A stretch of DNA of 64,000 bases from an uncultured Thermoplasmatales archaeon (lineage in GTDB: Archaea; Thermoplasmatota; E2; DHVEG-1). The DNA is taken from the NCBI GenBank assembly GCA_964648565.1, contig CAZYLG010000002.1:1245-65244 (forward strand). The letters run 5' to 3'. The notes under the pieces were generated by a model. That model saw only the letters and a list, made by a program, of their open reading frames with translations. It did no database searches and was not told the DNA's origin. How positions within the stretch are numbered: the first letter of the stretch is position 1; every line of letters begins with the position of its first letter. The translations under genes and the position numbers were made by a program. Shown piece by piece: positions 59,668 to 64,000 of the stretch.

Positions 59668-60134
59668 GATGATTCCTCCTGTTCTTCTTTCAGTACGTTA
59701 TCAGCAATAAGATGTGATTTTAAATGCCGTCGGCTTCGAAATTCACCACCTTTTGCTTTCAAATAATACCGGCGGTAAACAGATGGAGTGATTTTTCCAT
59801 CACTGCGTAATTCTTTTAACAAACCTCGTAATGGTCGAATGGTCTTAATCCATCGTTTCTTCCGTGGAAACCGCGCATATTTAGCTCCTTTCCGGGAACC
59901 ATAACCGCGACGGCGTCCTTTGTTCTTTTGCTCCATCGCATAACGTTTCCTCCCTTTAGAAATACCCTTCTTTTGTTTTGATTGAATGGCATCTCCATTG
60001 ATGAGGACACGAATATCATCTTTTGTCACCGCTTGCGCAATTTCATCTAAACGATCTTGATCCATCCATACACGATTCTCCCCGCATTTAAGGATGGATG
60101 CGGCCATTCTTCGTTGATTCCTTAAATCAGTCAT
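59664..60134 (-). CDS. rpl19e: 50S ribosomal protein eL19
   Basis: MTDLRNQRRMAASILKCGENRVWMD. Confidence 0.95.
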   Translation of the reverse strand: MTDLRNQRRMAASILKCGENRVWMDQDRLDEIAQAVTKDDIRVLINGDAIQSKQKKGISKGRKRYAMEQKNKGRRRGYGSRKGAKYARFPRKKRWIKTIRPLRGLLKELRSDGKITPSVYRRYYLKAKGGEFRSRRHLKSHLIADNVLKEEQEESS

Positions 60135-60151
60135 ACGTCGAAAACCTCTTT

Positions 60152-60886
60152 TTATTTATTCAACAGTCGAATATCTAATTCTTTTGCTTTTTCCACGATA
60201 GCAACACGTTTTTTGGTACCAACCGTGCCACCAATGCGAGCTGCTTGTTTGCCAGCATCAATTTTTTCTAAATCTGAAACATTGTACACTAACACTTCTT
60301 CAAATCCGGATGGATGTAAACCACGAACTTTTTTTGGTCCTCCGAATCCAACACGAACACGAGATGGACGATATTTTTTATTCATCCGCATTTTTGAAGT
60401 AATCCCATCAGGACAACGCCAGTTCTTTTTAAGGCGTTTATATCGAAACCATTCCTGTCTGAGAAAGTGTGGGGTTTGTTTCTTCTTTTGTTTGCGAACA
60501 GAAAGATAATAATGAACATCTTTTGGAAGTGATGCTTTCTTTTTTACTACGTAATCTTCAGGAGCAGATGTTGCTTCTTTCTTTTTTTGTTTTTTCTGTG
60601 GTTTTTTTACCGGTTTTACTTCTTTTTTTGGTGTTGGTTTTTCTACTGATTTTTTTCCACTGGTTTTTTCCGGTTTTTCCACTGCTTTTTCTGCTTTTGG
60701 TAATTGATCTTTAATTGAATTTGCAACAGAGTCACTAATGCCATCGACCTTGCTTAACTCGTCAATACTTGCTGATTGAATCTTTTCAATGGAGTCAAAA
60801 CCAGCGTTGATGATTGCTTCAGCTTTGACCTTTCCAATTCCTTTCAATGATGTCAATGTTTTCAATACATCATCTTTTTTTGTCAT
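60152..60886 (-). CDS. rpl32e: 50S ribosomal protein eL32 with an N-terminal helix-hairpin-helix domain and a Lys-rich linker
   Basis: The eL32 core is HFLRQEWFRYKRLKKNWRCPDGITSKMR...GLHPSGFEEVLVYN. The N-terminal ~60 aa (LKGIGKVKAEAIINAGFDSIEKIQSASIDELSKVDGISDSVANSI) is HhH2-like. Confidence 0.9.
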   Translation of the reverse strand: MTKKDDVLKTLTSLKGIGKVKAEAIINAGFDSIEKIQSASIDELSKVDGISDSVANSIKDQLPKAEKAVEKPEKTSGKKSVEKPTPKKEVKPVKKPQKKQKKKEATSAPEDYVVKKKASLPKDVHYYLSVRKQKKKQTPHFLRQEWFRYKRLKKNWRCPDGITSKMRMNKKYRPSRVRVGFGGPKKVRGLHPSGFEEVLVYNVSDLEKIDAGKQAARIGGTVGTKKRVAIVEKAKELDIRLLNK

Positions 60887-60888
60887 CG

Positions 60889-61431
60889 TTAGTTACCCCC
60901 TTTGCTTGTTAGATAAATACCATCTTGGAACACTCGAATATCTCGTCGTGATACTGAAGTGGCTCGTTCGATGTTTGCTACGGTTTGCCCTACTTTTTCC
61001 TTGTCAATTCCTTTTACGGTAACATCATCACCTTTGGATTTAACGGTTACACCATCTAAGATCAATGCTTTCCGTGGGTTCCGTTCTCCAAGGAAATTTT
61101 GAACGATAAACATATTGTCATCCACATTCGTTTTAATTGGAAAGTGAGAATACACTGTTTTCATCTTATATTCAAAACCATCAGTCACCCCATGTATCAT
61201 ATTGTTAATATGGGCAACATAGGTTCCCATCAATGCTTTCTGTTTCCGTCTGAATTTCTTAGAATGAACACTAATCGTATCATTAGCGACTGAAATGGTA
61301 AAATCAGGATGAGAGAACACTCGGCTTAATTCACCTTTCTCACCTTTGATATGAAGTGTATTATCCTTAAATGATGCAGTAACTGCATCTGGAACAGATA
61401 TCTCTTGTTTCATCTTAGATTCTTCTGCCAT
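60889..61431 (-). CDS. rpl6: 50S ribosomal protein uL6
   Basis: Position in the operon, plus the LHIKGEKGELSRVF...YSHFPI pattern. Confidence 0.95.
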   Translation of the reverse strand: MAEESKMKQEISVPDAVTASFKDNTLHIKGEKGELSRVFSHPDFTISVANDTISVHSKKFRRKQKALMGTYVAHINNMIHGVTDGFEYKMKTVYSHFPIKTNVDDNMFIVQNFLGERNPRKALILDGVTVKSKGDDVTVKGIDKEKVGQTVANIERATSVSRRDIRVFQDGIYLTSKGGN

Positions 61432-61463
61432 CGTTTTTTCACCTTTTCTTCACATGATTAACT

Positions 61464-61853
61464 TTAATATATGTAAGCAAGAACTTTTCCACCGATACCC
61501 TGTTTCTTTGCTTCTTGATGGGAAACAACCCCATTAGTAGTAGTAAGAATCAATAATCCAAAGTCTTGCGCAGGAAGATATCTTGCTTCCCATTTCTCCA
61601 GATCATCACGTTTCACAGGATAACGTGGTTTGATTACGCCACAATTATTAATATTTCCTCTTAATGTAACATCAAATGCACCAGCTTTTCCATCATCAAT
61701 GAATTCAAATTCAGAGATGTATTCTTTTTCTCGAAGTAAATTTAAAATTCCACCAATTAATTTTGAAGATGGTTGGATACGGCAGGTACCCTTTCCACGA
61801 AGTTCAGCATTTTTTATTAATGAAAGTGCATTTGCTAATGGATCATTTAACAT
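61464..61853 (-). CDS. rps8: 30S ribosomal protein uS8
   Basis: [21 protein letters not shown]...GGKVLAYIY. Confidence 0.95.
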   Translation of the reverse strand: MLNDPLANALSLIKNAELRGKGTCRIQPSSKLIGGILNLLREKEYISEFEFIDDGKAGAFDVTLRGNINNCGVIKPRYPVKRDDLEKWEARYLPAQDFGLLILTTTNGVVSHQEAKKQGIGGKVLAYIY

Positions 61854-61870
61854 TTGATTACAAGCCTCCT

Positions 61871-62026
61871 TTAAGAGTATTTTTTAAACCCCATTTCTTC
61901 AGCTTTTTCACGGAAGCATTGTCGGCAAATATGAAGGCCATATGCACGAATAAGCCCTCTTTTCCGACCGCATCGTTCACAGCCATGAACTCGTCCATAT
62001 TCTCGTTTCTTCTCTTTTATTTTCAT
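61871..62026 (-). CDS. rps14: 30S ribosomal protein uS14 (Zn-ribbon type), 51 aa
   Basis: Hand translation: [51 protein letters not shown], with a CxxC...CxxC Zn ribbon. The ATG overlaps the uL5 stop by 1 nt (TAATG). Not in the ORF track. Confidence 0.9.
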   Translation of the reverse strand: MKIKEKKREYGRVHGCERCGRKRGLIRAYGLHICRQCFREKAEEMGFKKYS

Positions 62027-62553
62027 TATTCAATCACCTTAACGTCAAACGTTTTAGAAATATAGCTCATCGCTTCCTCTTTGCTCACTTTATGTTTATG
62101 GGGGATTTTTCGTTGTTGTATTTGTCTTCGTTTAATCCGATACCCTGGTTTTTCAACGGTGATACAGACATCCATTCCAAAAATACCGATATCTGGATTA
62201 TATTTTTGATCTTTAAACAATGTATGATCAGGAATACCAAACGAGAGATTTCCTTGTTCATCGAATGCATAATCCGCAATCCTGTTCTCTCGGGTTTCCC
62301 ATGCTTTTTTCAAAAAATCAAGAGCCTCGTCGCCTCGTAATGTTACTTTACAGCCGATCGGCATTCGTTTCCGAAGACCGAGTTCTCGATTAGTGATAGT
62401 TGAAAGCGTTTGCACAGGCTTATGATGTGTAATTTTTTCAAGAACAGATTCAGCTTTTCTTAATCGTTCTCCTGCTTCACCAACACCAATATTCACAGTT
62501 ACTTTCTCGATTTGAGGTTGGGTCATCGGATTTACTTTTGCTTCTGCACTCAT
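62026..62553 (-). CDS. rpl5: 50S ribosomal protein uL5
   Basis: [17 protein letters not shown]...GCKVTLRGD...[16 protein letters not shown]. Confidence 0.95.
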   Translation of the reverse strand: MSAEAKVNPMTQPQIEKVTVNIGVGEAGERLRKAESVLEKITHHKPVQTLSTITNRELGLRKRMPIGCKVTLRGDEALDFLKKAWETRENRIADYAFDEQGNLSFGIPDHTLFKDQKYNPDIGIFGMDVCITVEKPGYRIKRRQIQQRKIPHKHKVSKEEAMSYISKTFDVKVIE

Positions 62554-63269
62554 TGAATTTTCACCTCAGGAATGGCAATCACAGGTTTTGTTTTTCCAAT
62601 TGGAAATACATATTGTTCAAGCGTTGTGAATTTTTGATCACCAGTCATCTTAGCAACATTTGGCTTTGATGATTTGATTACTGAGATTTCATCTAATGTG
62701 GCCATTTCACCAATATGACTACCGCCGATAATAAATGAAATTGTTCCTTTATCACGAGGGAATACATCAGTGATTTTTCCATCTTTAAGTTTAATCTTTA
62801 ACACGTCACCAACACGATATTTTTTATCTTTGATAATCATGTTTGTTCCATCATGGAAGTTTAACTGTTTCTGTTCCCCGTTTAAAATGGATTGTTTTTC
62901 AATACGGCGCAATTTCCATTCAGCATCAGCTGTTGAAATAGGAACAAGAGATAGGTTACCTCGTTGATTATAGACACATCTATAGTTTTTCTTTGAAGAT
63001 GGAATGGAGATAACATCCATGAAACCAATAGGATATCGTAATTCTTTACAGATTACTCCATCGATAAGAATAAGTCCTTGACTGAGGATTTGACGTGCTT
63101 CTCGGCGCGTATCACAAAGATGAAGGTAATCACGAATTAAAACTCCAAGAGAAATTGATTTATCAACTGAGTGAGGACCAGGTAACTGACGAATAGTCCA
63201 TTTTTTCTCCTTTCGATGAACTCGAAGGGTACGAGGTGCGTTTAATCGTTTCATATGATGATTGCTCAT
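62550..63269 (-). CDS. rps4e: 30S ribosomal protein eS4
   Basis: HMKRLNAPRTLRVHRKEKKWTIRQLPGPH... Confidence 0.95.
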   Translation of the reverse strand: MSNHHMKRLNAPRTLRVHRKEKKWTIRQLPGPHSVDKSISLGVLIRDYLHLCDTRREARQILSQGLILIDGVICKELRYPIGFMDVISIPSSKKNYRCVYNQRGNLSLVPISTADAEWKLRRIEKQSILNGEQKQLNFHDGTNMIIKDKKYRVGDVLKIKLKDGKITDVFPRDKGTISFIIGGSHIGEMATLDEISVIKSSKPNVAKMTGDQKFTTLEQYVFPIGKTKPVIAIPEVKIQ

Positions 63270-64000
63270 TGTTTCTCCTCCTCTTTCTCTTCAGATCCCT
63301 CTTCTTTTTTCTCTTTGGATTCCTTTACCGTCTCTTTCTTTTTTGATGGAGTTGATTTTGCTACTTTCTTAGACTCCTCTGCCTTCTTTGGTTCCTTTTT
63401 TGATTCAGATTTCGTTTGAGACGGAGCTTCTTTTTTTTCTTTCTCTTCAACAACTTCCTTTTCTTTCTTCGTTGGTGTTTCCGGTTCTGTAGTTTCTTCT
63501 GGTATCTCTTCTTCGACGGATTCCTCTTCTTCTTGAGCTGCTTCTTCCTCTTCTTTCCGTCGTTGCTCTTCAGCTCTTCGTTCTTCCTCTAGTTGTTTCA
63601 TCTGATCCGTTGCTTCTTGCTCGATTTCCTTTCTGGTTTCAGAGGATAATCCTTCTTCAAGACGTTGTCGTCTCCATTTATCAGTAAGATTTAATTTGGT
63701 AATGAGAAGATTACTTGGATGAACTGATTTTGCAATTTGCTTTCCATCAGCTTTTGTAATGGTAATTCCTTCAACTTCAACTAAATGTTTCTTTAGCTGA
63801 ACTTTTGCGACTTTGTTCTCATGACCTTTAAACGCACCACGCATGACTTTAACCGTGTCTCCTCTTACTACTGGAAGTCGTCTTTTATCATATTTCAACA
63901 GCAGATTCTCTTCTAAATGAGCAGAAATCTGTTTTCTCCGTTGATGCAGGGGTGCGTTGAAAAACGCCTTTCTTTGTTTTCGTGCTTTACTTGATTTCAT
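63266..64000 (-). CDS. rpl24: 50S ribosomal protein uL24 with a ~125-aa Glu/Lys-rich C-terminal extension
   Basis: The KOW core is LPVVRGDTVKVMRGAFKGHENKVAKV...HPSNLLITKL. The ATG is the last three bases of the window, so the gene is complete. The tail occupies 63266-~63650. Confidence 0.9.
   Translation of the reverse strand: MKSSKARKQRKAFFNAPLHQRRKQISAHLEENLLLKYDKRRLPVVRGDTVKVMRGAFKGHENKVAKVQLKKHLVEVEGITITKADGKQIAKSVHPSNLLITKLNLTDKWRRQRLEEGLSSETRKEIEQEATDQMKQLEEERRAEEQRRKEEEEAAQEEEESVEEEIPEETTEPETPTKKEKEVVEEKEKKEAPSQTKSESKKEPKKAEESKKVAKSTPSKKKETVKESKEKKEEGSEEKEEEKQ

Overview
AT-rich (about one-third GC by eye, not computed), densely coding archaeal chromosomal window. The archaeal assignment rests on eS4, eL19, eL32, RpoK, Sec61beta, class I LysRS, deoxyhypusine synthase, MBF1 and archaellin-type proteins. 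Lineage cannot be fixed from sequence alone. Layout: (1) 1-6.3 kb, secreted and membrane proteins plus a small archaellin-like gene. (2) 6.5-13.2 kb, a PAS/DUF835 sensor and an MCP-CheW-MCP chemotaxis module. (3) 14.1-24.3 kb, a tightly packed two-strand cluster that looks biosynthetic: UbiA prenyltransferase, SDR epimerase/dehydratase, nicotianamine-synthase-like Rossmann protein, two PaaK/F390-synthetase-like adenylating enzymes, a class I methyltransferase, two tandem paralogous B12-binding radical SAM enzymes and a geranylgeranyl-reductase-like flavoprotein. I cannot match it to a described pathway, and it is my best candidate for an undescribed system. (4) 24.5-32.6 kb, a 1086-aa polytopic surface protein, HtpX, and a >1068-aa archaellin-like protein carrying an ~850-aa Asp-rich degenerate-repeat insert and an unresolved start codon. 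(5) tRNA-Ala(CGC), then housekeeping genes (pgk, class I gap, MtaB-like, LysRS, PyrE-like regulator, Sec61beta, AlaRS, MBF1, YrdC, MetAP, creatininase-family, DHS, MEMO-like, Hpt, MfnA). (6) Two secreted proteins, S2P protease, TraB, uS2, RpoK, and the distal main ribosomal-protein operon (uL24 to uL30), which stops without uL15/SecY. Three conserved genes under 60 aa are absent from the ORF track and were found by hand translation: RpoK, uS14 and Sec61beta. I saw no rRNA, CRISPR array, transposase or integrase. All functional calls come from motif recognition by eye; no database search was run.
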